This document shows, one piece after another, positions 18,769 to 30,243 of a stretch of DNA of 64,000 nucleotides. Origin of the DNA: Gemmatimonadales bacterium (GTDB lineage: Bacteria > Gemmatimonadota > Gemmatimonadetes > Gemmatimonadales > GWC2-71-9); assembly GCA_036556025.1 (NCBI GenBank), contig DATBKD010000033.1, positions 11,756 through 75,755 of the forward strand, in the 5' to 3' direction. The notes beneath the pieces are model-generated. The model did not search any database. It was given only the letters and a program-made list of their open reading frames with translations, and had not been told where the DNA came from. Made by a program: the position numbers and the translations under genes. The first letter of the stretch is position 1; each line of letters starts with the position of its first letter.

Positions 18769-20730
18769 ATGGCGGCGGAGACCCGTCAGCTTCTACGGGT
18801 GGACCATCGCCTGCGTCTCGCCCGGGAGCTGCTCCGGCATCACTTCGGCTATCCTGAATTCCGCCCCGCGCAGACTCGGGTGCTGCGCTCGATCTTCGCT
18901 GGACTCGATACCCTGGCCGTCCTCCCCACGGGGGGCGGCAAGTCTATCTGCTTTCAGGTGCCCGCGCTCGTCTTCGGTGGACTCAGCATCGTTGTCTCGC
19001 CGCTGATCTCCCTCATGCAGGATCAGATCACCGCGGCCCGTGCCCGAGGGATCACGGCGGACGGACTGAACAGCACTCAGCCTCAAGCGGAGCAGCGCCG
19101 GGTGTGGGAGGAGCTGCGCGGCGGCCGCCTCCGGCTGCTTTATGTCTCACCCGAGCGACTGCGGCGGCTGGCACTCGAACTTCGCGAAGGGGGGATTCGG
19201 CCGACACTGCTGGCGGTGGATGAGGCGCATTGCATCGCCGAATGGGGCCACGATTTTCGGCCGAGTTACCGAACCCTGCAGGGCTCCCGATACCGCCTCG
19301 GTCGTCCCCAGACGATTGCCCTCACCGGCAGCGCAACGCCAACGGTACGTCAGGACATCGTGCAGGCACTTTGCTTTTCACCCGGTCGCCACGCCATCCA
19401 TCTGGGCTCGTTCGACCGGGCAAACCTCTGGTTCGGAGTGGTGCGCGTACCGGGCGAGCGGGAACGGCTGAACGCGCTGCTTGATCTCCTCCGAGGGGAT
19501 GATCGGATGGCAATCGTCTATGTCCCCACTCGCGGAGTGTCGGAGGCACTCGCCGGCGCTCTGCGGACGGCCGGCCATCGCGCCGAACCGTACCATGCCG
19601 GTCTGGCCAAGGCCCGACGCGCTGCCACGCTCGAGGCCTTTCTCGACGATCGACTGGACGTAGTCGTCGCGACCTGCGCGTTCGGTATGGGGATCGACAA
19701 GCCCAACATTCGCCTGGTAGTGCACTGGACCCTGCCGCCAACGCCGGAGAGCTACTATCAGGAGGCCGGACGAGCCGGGCGCGACGGCGAGTTCGCTCGC
19801 TGTGTGCTGCTGTGGCGAAAGGGCGACGCTCACCTGCATCGGCGCCAGCTGGACGTCACGTTCCCGCCCCGTGCCACGCTGGAAAGAATCTGGCGCGAGA
19901 GCGCACAAGTTCGCGGCGTGCCGCGCGGGGTGCTCGCCTCGGCGGAGCGCCTCCGGTTCGAATTGCGCCCGGACCTGGGGGCGATCGACTGGGCATCGGT
20001 CGAGCGCCGTCGCCGCCAGGCTGAGGCTCGCATCGCGGCCATGGAGGGCTATGCCAGCGGCAGCGGGTGCCGTCGCCGGCTGCTGGTCGGCTACTTCGGG
20101 GAAAAGCTGCGGCACTGCAGCGGGTGCGATCGCTGCGGCAGTCGCAGCCTTGGCCATCCCGAGAGCGGGGCCACCCGAGCCCGCCTACTTCGTGTTCGGA
20201 GCGCGCTCGGCGGGCGGCGCGGCCCTTGGGGCGGAGGGCTGCTGGAGCCTGACGTTATGCTCCGCCTAGCCCGGTGCCCGCCGGCGGACGCGGCCGCCCT
20301 GGCCGATGTGCCCGGTGTCGGCCCGGCTCTGGCGGCCGCCATCGGACGGACCCTGTTGCAGGCGCTCGGAGCAGCCGACGGCACCCGGGACGACGATCCT
20401 GTCCTCGACCCGCTCACCCGGGTGCTCTGGAATTGGCGCTCCACTCGAGCGCGCGACATGGGCGTCGTTCCTTTCGTCCTCCTGGGCGATTCGACCCTTC
20501 AGTCCATCGCCCGGGCCCGACCGGGCAATCGACGCGAGCTGGCCGCGATGCCGGGGCTGGGACCCAGAGCGCTGGCGAAGTTCGGGGACGAACTGCTGCG
20601 CCTGGTGCGAGGCTGGACGGAACACGCCCCCCCGGGGGAATCAGCGCACTCGCAAGGCGGGAGCCCTGTCACAGACCGCGGCGGGGGCGACCGTTACGCT
20701 TCACGTCCGGCGCACAGCTACCTGCCGTGA
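18769..20730 (+). CDS. recQ: ATP-dependent DNA helicase RecQ
   Basis: Contains FGYPEFRPAQ, LPTGGGKSICFQVPA, VDEAHCIAEWGHDFRPSY, a zinc-finger cysteine cluster (CRRRLL...CSGCDRC) and a C-terminal HRDC-like domain. Confidence 0.9.
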   Translation: MAAETRQLLRVDHRLRLARELLRHHFGYPEFRPAQTRVLRSIFAGLDTLAVLPTGGGKSICFQVPALVFGGLSIVVSPLISLMQDQITAARARGITADGLNSTQPQAEQRRVWEELRGGRLRLLYVSPERLRRLALELREGGIRPTLLAVDEAHCIAEWGHDFRPSYRTLQGSRYRLGRPQTIALTGSATPTVRQDIVQALCFSPGRHAIHLGSFDRANLWFGVVRVPGERERLNALLDLLRGDDRMAIVYVPTRGVSEALAGALRTAGHRAEPYHAGLAKARRAATLEAFLDDRLDVVVATCAFGMGIDKPNIRLVVHWTLPPTPESYYQEAGRAGRDGEFARCVLLWRKGDAHLHRRQLDVTFPPRATLERIWRESAQVRGVPRGVLASAERLRFELRPDLGAIDWASVERRRRQAEARIAAMEGYASGSGCRRRLLVGYFGEKLRHCSGCDRCGSRSLGHPESGATRARLLRVRSALGGRRGPWGGGLLEPDVMLRLARCPPADAAALADVPGVGPALAAAIGRTLLQALGAADGTRDDDPVLDPLTRVLWNWRSTRARDMGVVPFVLLGDSTLQSIARARPGNRRELAAMPGLGPRALAKFGDELLRLVRGWTEHAPPGESAHSQGGSPVTDRGGGDRYASRPAHSYLP

Positions 20731-20766
20731 CTGCGGCTCGGAATCGCAGAACAGGGGGAAAACTCA

Positions 20767-20919
20767 GTGTCCACGATCCTCATCATCATTCTCGTCTTGC
20801 TGCTCATTGGCGCACTGCCGACGTGGGGGTACAGCAGCGGCTGGGGTTATTTCCCCAGTGGCGGGTTGGGACTCATTCTCCTCATTGTGATCGTGTTGGC
20901 GCTCACCGGCCGTTTGTAG
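20767..20919 (+). CDS. DUF3309-family small membrane protein (50 aa)
   Basis: Read by hand: GTG..TAG gives MSTILIIILVLLLIGALPTWGYSSGWGYFPSGGLGLILLIVIVLALTGRL. It is below the size cut-off of the ORF track. Confidence 0.6.
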   Translation: MSTILIIILVLLLIGALPTWGYSSGWGYFPSGGLGLILLIVIVLALTGRL

Positions 20920-20973
20920 CTCTCCCCGCATGCCCACCTCCCCGGCCCCTTTCGCCGGGGAGTGACCTGCTCC

Positions 20974-21591
20974 TCAGTTGCCTGCCTTTCCCAATCCCTT
21001 GAGGTCGAGATCCTCGGCAATCTTGCGAGCGGAGCCCTCGCCGACGCCGCGAGTACTGGTCTTGACGATGAACCGATCGCCCACCATGACGATCGCCTCA
21101 CTCTCTCCACTCTTGCTCCACTTCTCATAGGCCGGGAAGCCACCGATCTGCGCGCTTCGCTCGTAGCCGTCGGTGCTCTCCGTGCTGACTTTCATGTTGA
21201 GCATCATCTGGAACGGCACGTACAAGAAGGGAATGTGGGCGTAGTCGAAGATCCCGACGTTGGCGCTGCGGCTGCCGTCTGGGTTGCGATAGTCGGCTTC
21301 GGCCTGGGAATACTGCCATTGGCCGGCGCTGGTGGTCTCACCCTTGGGCGGGTCACCCTTCATGTCGCCCATGCCTTTGGGCAGGTAGTCGATGAGCTGC
21401 TTGTAGCTGACCGGCGGCACCGGTTTCCGATTGGCCGCATCGGTCAGCCCCTTGCTGAGCTGGTTCGCCGCCGCGGTGAGCTGCGAAAGGGGATTGTTGG
21501 TCAAGGCGGTACCGCTCTGGTCTCCGCCGCAGGAGGGCAGACCGGCGGCGGCGAGCACAATGCTGAGGGTGAAAGTCAAACTTCGGCGCAT
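20974..21591 (-). CDS. Lipoprotein, hypothetical
   Basis: ORF 20974..22038 trimmed to the ATG at 21591. MRRSLTFTLSIVLAAAGLPSCGG is a lipoprotein signal. It is divergent from the ACAD gene. Confidence 0.6.
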   Translation of the reverse strand: MRRSLTFTLSIVLAAAGLPSCGGDQSGTALTNNPLSQLTAAANQLSKGLTDAANRKPVPPVSYKQLIDYLPKGMGDMKGDPPKGETTSAGQWQYSQAEADYRNPDGSRSANVGIFDYAHIPFLYVPFQMMLNMKVSTESTDGYERSAQIGGFPAYEKWSKSGESEAIVMVGDRFIVKTSTRGVGEGSARKIAEDLDLKGLGKAGN

Positions 21592-21762
21592 ACGGACGTC
21601 TCCGGGATGGGATATCCAGCGTCTGAAAAGTGGAGAGATGTCGTTCAAGATCAGGCCGCGATACAGCCGGCGCAAGACGGTCGCGTGCGCAGGCTCCCGT
21701 CGCCCACCGGCCCGGGTATATTGGAGGCCGACGCGCACCCGATCCCCCTCGCCAGGAAGCCT

Positions 21763-22980
21763 ATGGACGATTCCCTCTACTTCACCGAACAGCATCATCA
21801 GGTCCGCGAGATGGTCCGCGAGTTCTCGCGCACTCACATCGCTCCGGTCGCCCGCGAGCTCGATCGCACTTCCACGTTCCCGTGGGAGAACATCAAGGCG
21901 ATGGGCGAGTTGGGCCTCCTGGGCGTTCCCTGGAGTGAGGAGCTGGGTGGGGCAGGGATGGATCAGCTCTCGTATTACATCACCATCCACGAAGTGGCCA
22001 AGGTCGACGCCAGCCATGCCCTCACGATCAGTGCCCACACAAATCTGGGCACTTCTCCCATCGTTCAGTTCGGCAACGACGACCAGAAGCGACGGTTCGT
22101 CCCGCTGCTCGCCTCCGGCCGGGTACTGGGCGGGTTCGGCCTAACCGAGCCCGGCGCAGGGAGTGACGCCGGTGGCACCGCGACGACCGCGGTGGATAAA
22201 GGCGACCATTACCTGGTGAACGGCTCCAAGAACTTCATCACTCACGCAGGCGTGGGGGAGATCTTTTCGGTCACCGCACGCACGGAGCCCGCCCGGGGCA
22301 GCAAGGGCATCTCCAGCTTCATTGTCACCAAGGACACCGTAGATCTCGACACCTGCCGCCAAGTCGGTGCTGGGCACGTCGAGAGTCTGCCCAAGACTCG
22401 GGGGGTGCGGGCTGGTAAGAAGGAAGAGAAAATGGGCTGGCGGGCGAGCGATACCCGGGAGCTGATCCTGGAAGATGCCGTGGTGCCGAAGGAAAACCTG
22501 CTGGGCCAGCCGGGCCAAGGCTTCGTCAACTTTCTCAAGACCCTCGATGCCGGTCGAATCGGCATCGCTGCGCTGTCCCTCGGCATCGCCGAGGGAGCCT
22601 ACGAGGAAGCGCTCAAGTACGCCGGGGTGCGAAAGCAGTTCGGGCGCGTCATCGGGAGCTTCCAAGGAGTGAGTTTTCAGCTGGCCGACATGGCCATGGA
22701 GATCGAGGCCGGAACTCATCTCCTCTATCACGCCGCCTGGCTGAAACAGCACGGCAAGCCCTTCAAGAAGGAAGCCGCGATGGCGAAACTGTTCTGCTCC
22801 GAACTGGCCATGCGGACCACTACCAAGGCGGTTCAGATATTCGGGGGCTATGGCTACACCACCGAGTATCCGGTCGAACGGATGATGCGGGACGCCAAGG
22901 TATGCGAGATCGGCGAAGGAACCAGCGAGATCCAGCGGATCGTGATATCCAGGCAAATCTTGGGGCAGTTGAGAGATTAG
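21763..22980 (+). CDS. Acyl-CoA dehydrogenase (short/branched-chain type)
   Basis: ORF 20962..22980 trimmed to the ATG at 21763. Contains [51 protein letters not shown] and [11 protein letters not shown]. Confidence 0.9.
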   Translation: MDDSLYFTEQHHQVREMVREFSRTHIAPVARELDRTSTFPWENIKAMGELGLLGVPWSEELGGAGMDQLSYYITIHEVAKVDASHALTISAHTNLGTSPIVQFGNDDQKRRFVPLLASGRVLGGFGLTEPGAGSDAGGTATTAVDKGDHYLVNGSKNFITHAGVGEIFSVTARTEPARGSKGISSFIVTKDTVDLDTCRQVGAGHVESLPKTRGVRAGKKEEKMGWRASDTRELILEDAVVPKENLLGQPGQGFVNFLKTLDAGRIGIAALSLGIAEGAYEEALKYAGVRKQFGRVIGSFQGVSFQLADMAMEIEAGTHLLYHAAWLKQHGKPFKKEAAMAKLFCSELAMRTTTKAVQIFGGYGYTTEYPVERMMRDAKVCEIGEGTSEIQRIVISRQILGQLRD

Positions 22981-23241
22981 TCGCGGGCGTCGGGTCACGG
23001 GTCCCGGCAAGCCCCTGGTCTGTGCATCTCTCGCAGTGGCGGCATCAGGTCGAGACCAGCGACCCGCGACTCGTAACCCCAATAGCCAACAATCCCAAGA
23101 CTTTATATACTTCCCGCCATCTGCGACGCGTCATCCCGCGGCATGCTCCGTCTTCGGTCGTTGGGCAGGCCGGGCGGGGGGGCGCGCTTTTCTTAGGGTC
23201 GGAGTGGCCGTTCTCCGGCTCCACAGCTGAGGTCTTCACAG

Positions 23242-24945
23242 TTGAAACGCGAGATCCTGATCAACGGGAGCCAGCGGGAAACCCGCGTGGCGATTCTCGA
23301 AGACGATCGTTTGGTGGAGTTGCTGGTCGACCGGCCCGATCATCGGCGCTCGGTGGGTGACATCTACCTCGGCCGAGTCGAGGCGGTGCTGCCCGGCATC
23401 CAGGCCGCGTTCGTGGATATCGGCCAGGAAAAGAGCGCCTTCCTCCACGCATCCGATCTGCTCGAGCCGGACGAGGATGAGGAGCCGGAGGAGGAAGCCG
23501 TCGAAGACCCCGATCCGGCTGAGGCCGAGGTCGCGGTGGAGACCGCCGCCGCGGAGGAAGCCTCCGAGCGCAAGGGGGGATGGCGAGGGCGCGACCGCCG
23601 GCGGCGCGGCCGGGGGAACAAGGGGCCCGGAGAAAACGGGGGCAACGCCATGGGTCAGGCAGAAACGCGCCAGCGGGAGATCTCGCCCAGGCGCGCGCTG
23701 CCGAACATCCAGGACATTCTCAAGAAGGGCCAAACCCTCCCGGTTCAGGTCACCAAGGAGCCGATCGGCACCAAGGGCTGCCGGGTCACCGCCCAGATCT
23801 CCCTTCCCGGCCGGTTTCTGGTGTACATGCCGTACGCCTCCAAGGTCGGGGTCAGCCGCAAGATCGAAAGCCGAGAGCAGCGGGCCAAGCTGAGGGAGAT
23901 GGTCTCCAAGCTGCTCCCCAAGGATGCCGGAGGCGTCATCGTCCGGACCGTCGCCGAGGGCGTGACCGACGAGCATTTCCGGCGGGAGATCGACTCACTG
24001 CTCGCACTTTGGAGGAAGATCAATCGAAAGAAGACCTTCGTCCGACGCGCCCCCGCGCTGCTCCAGCGGGAGACCAGCCTCACTCGCGGGATCATTCGCG
24101 ATCTCTTCAGTGCCAAGGTGGACGCACTTCACGTGGATTCCAAGGAACTCTACAACGAGATCGAGCAGTACCTCAACCAGATCGACCCGGAGCTCATGAG
24201 CCGGGTGCACCTGTACGGCGAAGCCAGTCCCCTCTTCGACAAGTACGACATCGAATCGGAGATCCGGGATCTATTCAAGGCTCGCGTCGAGCTCCCGACC
24301 GGCGGGTCGCTCATCATCCAGCCCACCGAGGCCCTCGTAAGTATCGATGTGAATACCGGCAGGTACACCGGGAAGAAGGATCCCGAAAAGACCATCCTTC
24401 GAACCAACCTCGAGGCGGCCAGAGAGATCGCCCGTCAGATCCGTTTGCGCGACATCGGCGGGATCATCGTCTGTGACTTCATCGACATGGAGACGCGGTC
24501 CAACCGAGACAAGGTGCTCCAGGAGCTCCGGACCCATCTGGGACGGGACCGGGCCCGCACCAAGGCCCTGGCAGTATCGGAGCTGGGCCTGGTGGAGATG
24601 ACCCGTCAGCGAGTGCGGCCCTCGCTTTGGCACTCCATGACGACCGACTGCCCGACGTGCGCCGGGAGCGGCCGGGTCTTTACGCCCGAGGTGGTCGCCC
24701 GACGCATGGAGCGCGCCCTGCGCCGGGCAGGCCACGAGCACCGCGAGCGCCAGCTCACCGTCCGGCTGCACCCGGAAGTGGCGCTCTATCTGTTGGAAGA
24801 GGAGCCGAAGTTGCTGCAGACGCTGTCCAAGCTGACCGGTATCGACCTGGAGCTGCGAGACGATCCGATGATGCGGTTGGACGAATTTCGCCTGATGAGC
24901 CGGCCGGCTGGGCGAGATGTGACCGATCTCTACGCCGTCGCCTGA
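23242..24945 (+). CDS. rng: Ribonuclease E/G family protein (RNase G-like) with acidic/Arg-rich insertion
   Basis: TTG start. S1 domain (GDIYLGRVEAVLPGIQAAFVDIG). Also ITLPGRFLVYMP, SIDVNTG and DFIDM, plus the Zn-link CPxCxGxG motif (CPTCAGSGRV). Confidence 0.85.
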   Translation: MKREILINGSQRETRVAILEDDRLVELLVDRPDHRRSVGDIYLGRVEAVLPGIQAAFVDIGQEKSAFLHASDLLEPDEDEEPEEEAVEDPDPAEAEVAVETAAAEEASERKGGWRGRDRRRRGRGNKGPGENGGNAMGQAETRQREISPRRALPNIQDILKKGQTLPVQVTKEPIGTKGCRVTAQISLPGRFLVYMPYASKVGVSRKIESREQRAKLREMVSKLLPKDAGGVIVRTVAEGVTDEHFRREIDSLLALWRKINRKKTFVRRAPALLQRETSLTRGIIRDLFSAKVDALHVDSKELYNEIEQYLNQIDPELMSRVHLYGEASPLFDKYDIESEIRDLFKARVELPTGGSLIIQPTEALVSIDVNTGRYTGKKDPEKTILRTNLEAAREIARQIRLRDIGGIIVCDFIDMETRSNRDKVLQELRTHLGRDRARTKALAVSELGLVEMTRQRVRPSLWHSMTTDCPTCAGSGRVFTPEVVARRMERALRRAGHEHRERQLTVRLHPEVALYLLEEEPKLLQTLSKLTGIDLELRDDPMMRLDEFRLMSRPAGRDVTDLYAVA

Positions 24946-25082
24946 GCCCACCACGGGCTCGTCTGCCAGGGCCGGCGTGTCGAGCGCCAAAACCAGCCAA
25001 TCTCCACTGACCCAGCACTCATTTCCTGCCAGTCTGACGCTAATCCCAGGCCCCAGCTTTGCTTCGAGGTGCGCTCGTAGCG

Positions 25083-25110
25083 CTTGACAGGAAAGCGCCG
25101 CTGCTTATCT
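25083..25110 (+). promoter_or_regulatory. Sigma70-type promoter of groESL
   Basis: TTGACA (25083-25088), a 16-nt spacer, then TATCTT (25105-25110). The CIRCE operator lies immediately downstream. Confidence 0.6.
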
Positions 25111-25124
25111 TTGCGGCCAGCGAT

Positions 25125-25151
25125 TAGCACTCTTTGTCGCTGAGTGCTAAC
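25125..25151. promoter_or_regulatory. CIRCE operator (HrcA binding site)
   Basis: TTAGCACTC-N9-GAGTGCTAA, a perfect match to the CIRCE consensus, about 55 nt upstream of groES. Confidence 0.95.
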
Positions 25152-25206
25152 AGCATGGTGCCATTAATGTTACCCAATTACAACACGGCTGTGGAGGTCC
25201 CCCCAG

Positions 25207-25521
25207 ATGGCGACGGCTACCAAGAGCAAGACCACCCTCAAGATCCAGCCCCTCGAGGACCGCGTGGTGATCGCGCCGGCCGAGGAGGCGGAGGCCATGC
25301 GTGGCGGCCTGTACATCCCTGACACCGCCAAGGAAAAGCCCACCCAGGGCGAAGTGATCGCCGTTGGGCCCGGACGTTTCGAGAAGGGCGAGCGGATTCC
25401 GATGGAGCTGAAGGTCGGCGACCAGGTCATCTATGGGAAGTACAGCGGCACTCCATACACCCTCGATGGCGACGAGTATGTCATCATCAAGGCGTCGGAC
25501 GTGCTCGCCAAGCTCAGCTGA
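25207..25521 (+). CDS. groES: Co-chaperonin GroES
   Basis: LKIQPLEDRVVIAPAEEAE...GLYIPDTAKEKPTQGEVIAVGPG. Confidence 0.97.
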   Translation: MATATKSKTTLKIQPLEDRVVIAPAEEAEAMRGGLYIPDTAKEKPTQGEVIAVGPGRFEKGERIPMELKVGDQVIYGKYSGTPYTLDGDEYVIIKASDVLAKLS

Positions 25522-25551
25522 ACCCAGCTCGCACCCACTAAGGAGAACTGA

Positions 25552-27186
<1,635 letters not shown>

Positions 27187-27210
27187 GCTGGTGCGCAGTC
27201 CAGCACGCAG

Positions 27211-27242
27211 ACGCCCCGGGAGCAATCCCGGGGCGTTTTGTG
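27211..27242 (+). terminator. Rho-independent terminator after groEL (possibly bidirectional)
   Basis: ACGCCCCGGG-agcaat-CCCGGGGCGT followed by TTTGTGTT. It lies between the convergent groEL and CHAT genes. Confidence 0.8.
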
Positions 27243-27342
27243 TTCCAGTCGCGGTTAGCCGACCCCTGAGCGAGGCACCCATGTGGCGCGCACTCAGCAG
27301 GGTTGTCGATCTCCGGCGGCGCGGGTGGGTCGACTGTCACTC

Positions 27343-30243
27343 TCACGACGGCTGGGCTGCAGGTCGAGAGCGCTGAGAGGATGCCCGGAGTGCGCTCGCT
27401 CCGCGCGTTCGAGCTCGCCAACCAAGGATGAAAGCCGCCAGCACGAGCGCCCCCGCCGCGACATACCCCCACGCGCGGCGAGGTTGGTGGAGTGGAAGGC
27501 GAACCAGGGGGTCACCCACCAGGGTAAACGCGGCCCAACTGGCAGCGGGTACACCTCGCCGGATGGCCTCGAGCTTCGCGGCCTGCAAGGCCTCGCCCAG
27601 GGGCAGTCCATCGGCCAGGGCCCGATAGAACCCCTGGATGAATTGCACCGTACTCCGGTCTCCGATCTGCCATTGAGTGGCCACGACAGCACGGGCGCCG
27701 GCGGCGAGCAATGGCGCGGTGAGTCCCTGGATCCCCTCACCGGTGACTACCACCCCGCCAGCGGAGCGGCACCCCGAAAGCACCACCAGGTCGGCGTTCA
27801 ACCGCAGCGCCGCGAGATCACCGGGTCCGACCAGGCCGTTGTCCTGTGCCTCGGGCGCGAGCGCGAGCGCGGTGCCGCCAAGAGAATGATCGTCCACCAG
27901 GGCATGCGTGGCGAAGTGCAGCACCTCAAAGTCGGCGAGCGGGAAGTGCTTGAGGTACTGGGCGCTCGCCTCCTTGCCCAGTCGCACCTCCGCATTCGGT
28001 GCATAGGTCGCGACCAGCTTCGCTTCCCGCTTTGACGCCTCAAGCCGGGGCAGAGTGCGCACGTCGGGATCGCCAAATGCGAGCAGCTTTACTGATCCCC
28101 CGGCTCTTGGCCGGGGATCGGGATGAGTCCACAGGGCGGAGATCACCCGGGCGGATGGCGCCGCGCTGATACTGTACCGCTCGACCACGGAGTGGCCGTC
28201 GGCCAGTTGCAGCGCGTCGAACGGGAGGCGGTGAAGTGGTCCGTCCGGCACCACGACGATACGCTTGATCTGCGGGCTCAGATCACTGAGGACAGGCCAG
28301 AGAAGGACTTTTCCCAACTCTCGGGCCAGCGGGTCCGCGGCGCCACCGCTCTCCAGGATTCCAAGAAAGCGCCCGATCGGGTCCACCAGCGAGTCCGCGG
28401 ACATCGTCACATGCGCCTTCACCCGGCCGGTCGGGGCGGCGCCTCGAGTGATCACGAACAGAGTGGTGGGCGCCCCCATCCCGCCGGTGACGTACTGAAT
28501 CAGCGCGGTGCTGTCATCAGGGAGGATCGCGGCTACAGCCTCTGCCGTCAGGGTTGAATCGGCCCGCCTGCTCCGGGCAGTCGCAGGGGCAGCGGTCGCC
28601 AGCGCCTGGGCTTGCGCCAGCCGGTCCCCCAGCTCGCGCGCCCGTCGGCGTTCTGCCAGAGCGAAGGCGCTGGTGATTCGGCCACTCTGGACCAGCCCAG
28701 CCAGGACCCGGGCGACGCTCGCATTGTGGTCGTTCACGAACTGCGGTCCTGCCTGAAAAGCGAACGCGCGAAGCTCCGTGTCGTCCACCGTCGAGCGCCA
28801 GCGCTCGAGCTCCGTCATCGCTCCGGTCAGTTCCCGCTCCGCCTCCGCGGCATGACCCGAGCGGGCGTACACGTCCGCGAGATAGGTCCGCACTTCGTAA
28901 CGCTGAAGGTGCTCGGTCGAGTCGAGCCGGATCAGATACTGGCGGAACCACCGCCGGGCGGGTTCCAGATCTCCCTGCCGCAGAGCGACTCGCCCGCGCT
29001 GATAGGGCAGCGCCACGGACCATTCGCCTCCCCCGTATCGCCGGGCCAACGCCTCGAGGGAGTCCAACTCCCGCTTCGCAGCGGCGAAGTCACCGGCCCC
29101 CATCTCAATGTCGGCGAGCTCCTGATGCTGCTCGGCCTGGTATGCCACGTCGCCCTGGCCCCGGTAGTACTCCAGCGCTTCCCGGATCGCGGCTCGCGCG
29201 CCGGCCCAGTCTCCCGCGGCCCGGTGGACGCTCCCTCGCCAGGAGCGTGCGAGCATTTCGCCCCGGCGGTCACCCAGCGAGGCATAGGCGGCGATGGCTT
29301 GTTCCAGGTGGCCAGCCGCAGTCACCTGATCGTTGAGCGCGAAGAACACCTGGCCCAAATCGAGCTCCACCGAGGCTGCCACCACCGCGGCTCGCGCGGC
29401 GGTAGCCTCCTCCAACGCACGCCGCAGCACCTCGCGCGCCTCGCCGTAGGCGGTGCGATGCAACAGCACGTCGGCCTGCCACAGCAGCGCTTCGCTGAGG
29501 CCCGCCCGATCCCGCGCCGCCCGCCGCAGAGCTTCGAGCCGTCGGAGCATGACGAGCGCGGAGTCCCGTTCGCCGCGATAGAGCAGATCGACCTGGCGCC
29601 CCCGGAGACAGAACGCTTCCGCCCGCCGGTACCCGTGTGCGACGGCCAGGTCGAGGGTCACCGCCAGCACCGCGGCCGCGGCGGTGTCGCCCTGGAGCAG
29701 GTCCAGGTGGGCGCGCCGGCACCGGGCGGCGCCCGCCGCATCGGCGGCGCTCGAGGGAAAGGCGGCGCGGGCGCTGTCGAAGTAGGCTCGACCGACAGCC
29801 AGCCCTCCCATTCGCAGGCGGGTCCCGCCCAAACGCAGGAGGGCTTCTCCCATGGCCAACGAGTCATGCAGCGCGCGGGCCCCGGTCAGCGCCCGCTCAA
29901 GGAGGCTATCGGCCTTCGCCACCCGTCCCAGGACGACCAGGGCATCTGCCTGCCCAAGGGCCGCATACACCGCATAGGCGTCGGCCCCTGGCCAGCTCGA
30001 GGGGAGGAGCTCCCGGTACAGCCGTTCCGCTTCGGGATAGTCGTACCGCAGCCGCCCCAGCGTCGCGAGGCCAAGGCGGGCCGCACGGCCTTCCCCTTCA
30101 GAGCGAAGCTGTGCCGTCCAACGTGCGGCCGCCTGCTGTACGGTGTCGCCGGCGACGGCAGCGGAGGCCTCCGCCACAACGGAGGGAGCCGTCTCCGCCG
30201 GGGCTTGTTGCAGCGCGAGTGCCAGAGAGAGCAGGGAGATCAT
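27343..30243 (-). CDS. TPR-repeat + CHAT (caspase-like peptidase) domain protein with C-terminal membrane anchor (paralog A)
   Basis: ORF 27343..30315 trimmed to the ATG at 30243 (ATGA overlap with the upstream paralog). N-terminal signal-like MISLLSLALAL. A long TPR-like helical array. CHAT motifs VVVPDGPLHRLPFDAL, HFATHALVD (His codon 27904-27906) and VVLSGCRSAGG (Cys codon 27769-27771). TM segment WGYVAAGALVLAAFILGW followed by a basic tail. Confidence 0.85.
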   Translation of the reverse strand: MISLLSLALALQQAPAETAPSVVAEASAAVAGDTVQQAAARWTAQLRSEGEGRAARLGLATLGRLRYDYPEAERLYRELLPSSWPGADAYAVYAALGQADALVVLGRVAKADSLLERALTGARALHDSLAMGEALLRLGGTRLRMGGLAVGRAYFDSARAAFPSSAADAAGAARCRRAHLDLLQGDTAAAAVLAVTLDLAVAHGYRRAEAFCLRGRQVDLLYRGERDSALVMLRRLEALRRAARDRAGLSEALLWQADVLLHRTAYGEAREVLRRALEEATAARAAVVAASVELDLGQVFFALNDQVTAAGHLEQAIAAYASLGDRRGEMLARSWRGSVHRAAGDWAGARAAIREALEYYRGQGDVAYQAEQHQELADIEMGAGDFAAAKRELDSLEALARRYGGGEWSVALPYQRGRVALRQGDLEPARRWFRQYLIRLDSTEHLQRYEVRTYLADVYARSGHAAEAERELTGAMTELERWRSTVDDTELRAFAFQAGPQFVNDHNASVARVLAGLVQSGRITSAFALAERRRARELGDRLAQAQALATAAPATARSRRADSTLTAEAVAAILPDDSTALIQYVTGGMGAPTTLFVITRGAAPTGRVKAHVTMSADSLVDPIGRFLGILESGGAADPLARELGKVLLWPVLSDLSPQIKRIVVVPDGPLHRLPFDALQLADGHSVVERYSISAAPSARVISALWTHPDPRPRAGGSVKLLAFGDPDVRTLPRLEASKREAKLVATYAPNAEVRLGKEASAQYLKHFPLADFEVLHFATHALVDDHSLGGTALALAPEAQDNGLVGPGDLAALRLNADLVVLSGCRSAGGVVVTGEGIQGLTAPLLAAGARAVVATQWQIGDRSTVQFIQGFYRALADGLPLGEALQAAKLEAIRRGVPAASWAAFTLVGDPLVRLPLHQPRRAWGYVAAGALVLAAFILGWRARTRGASALRASSQRSRPAAQPS

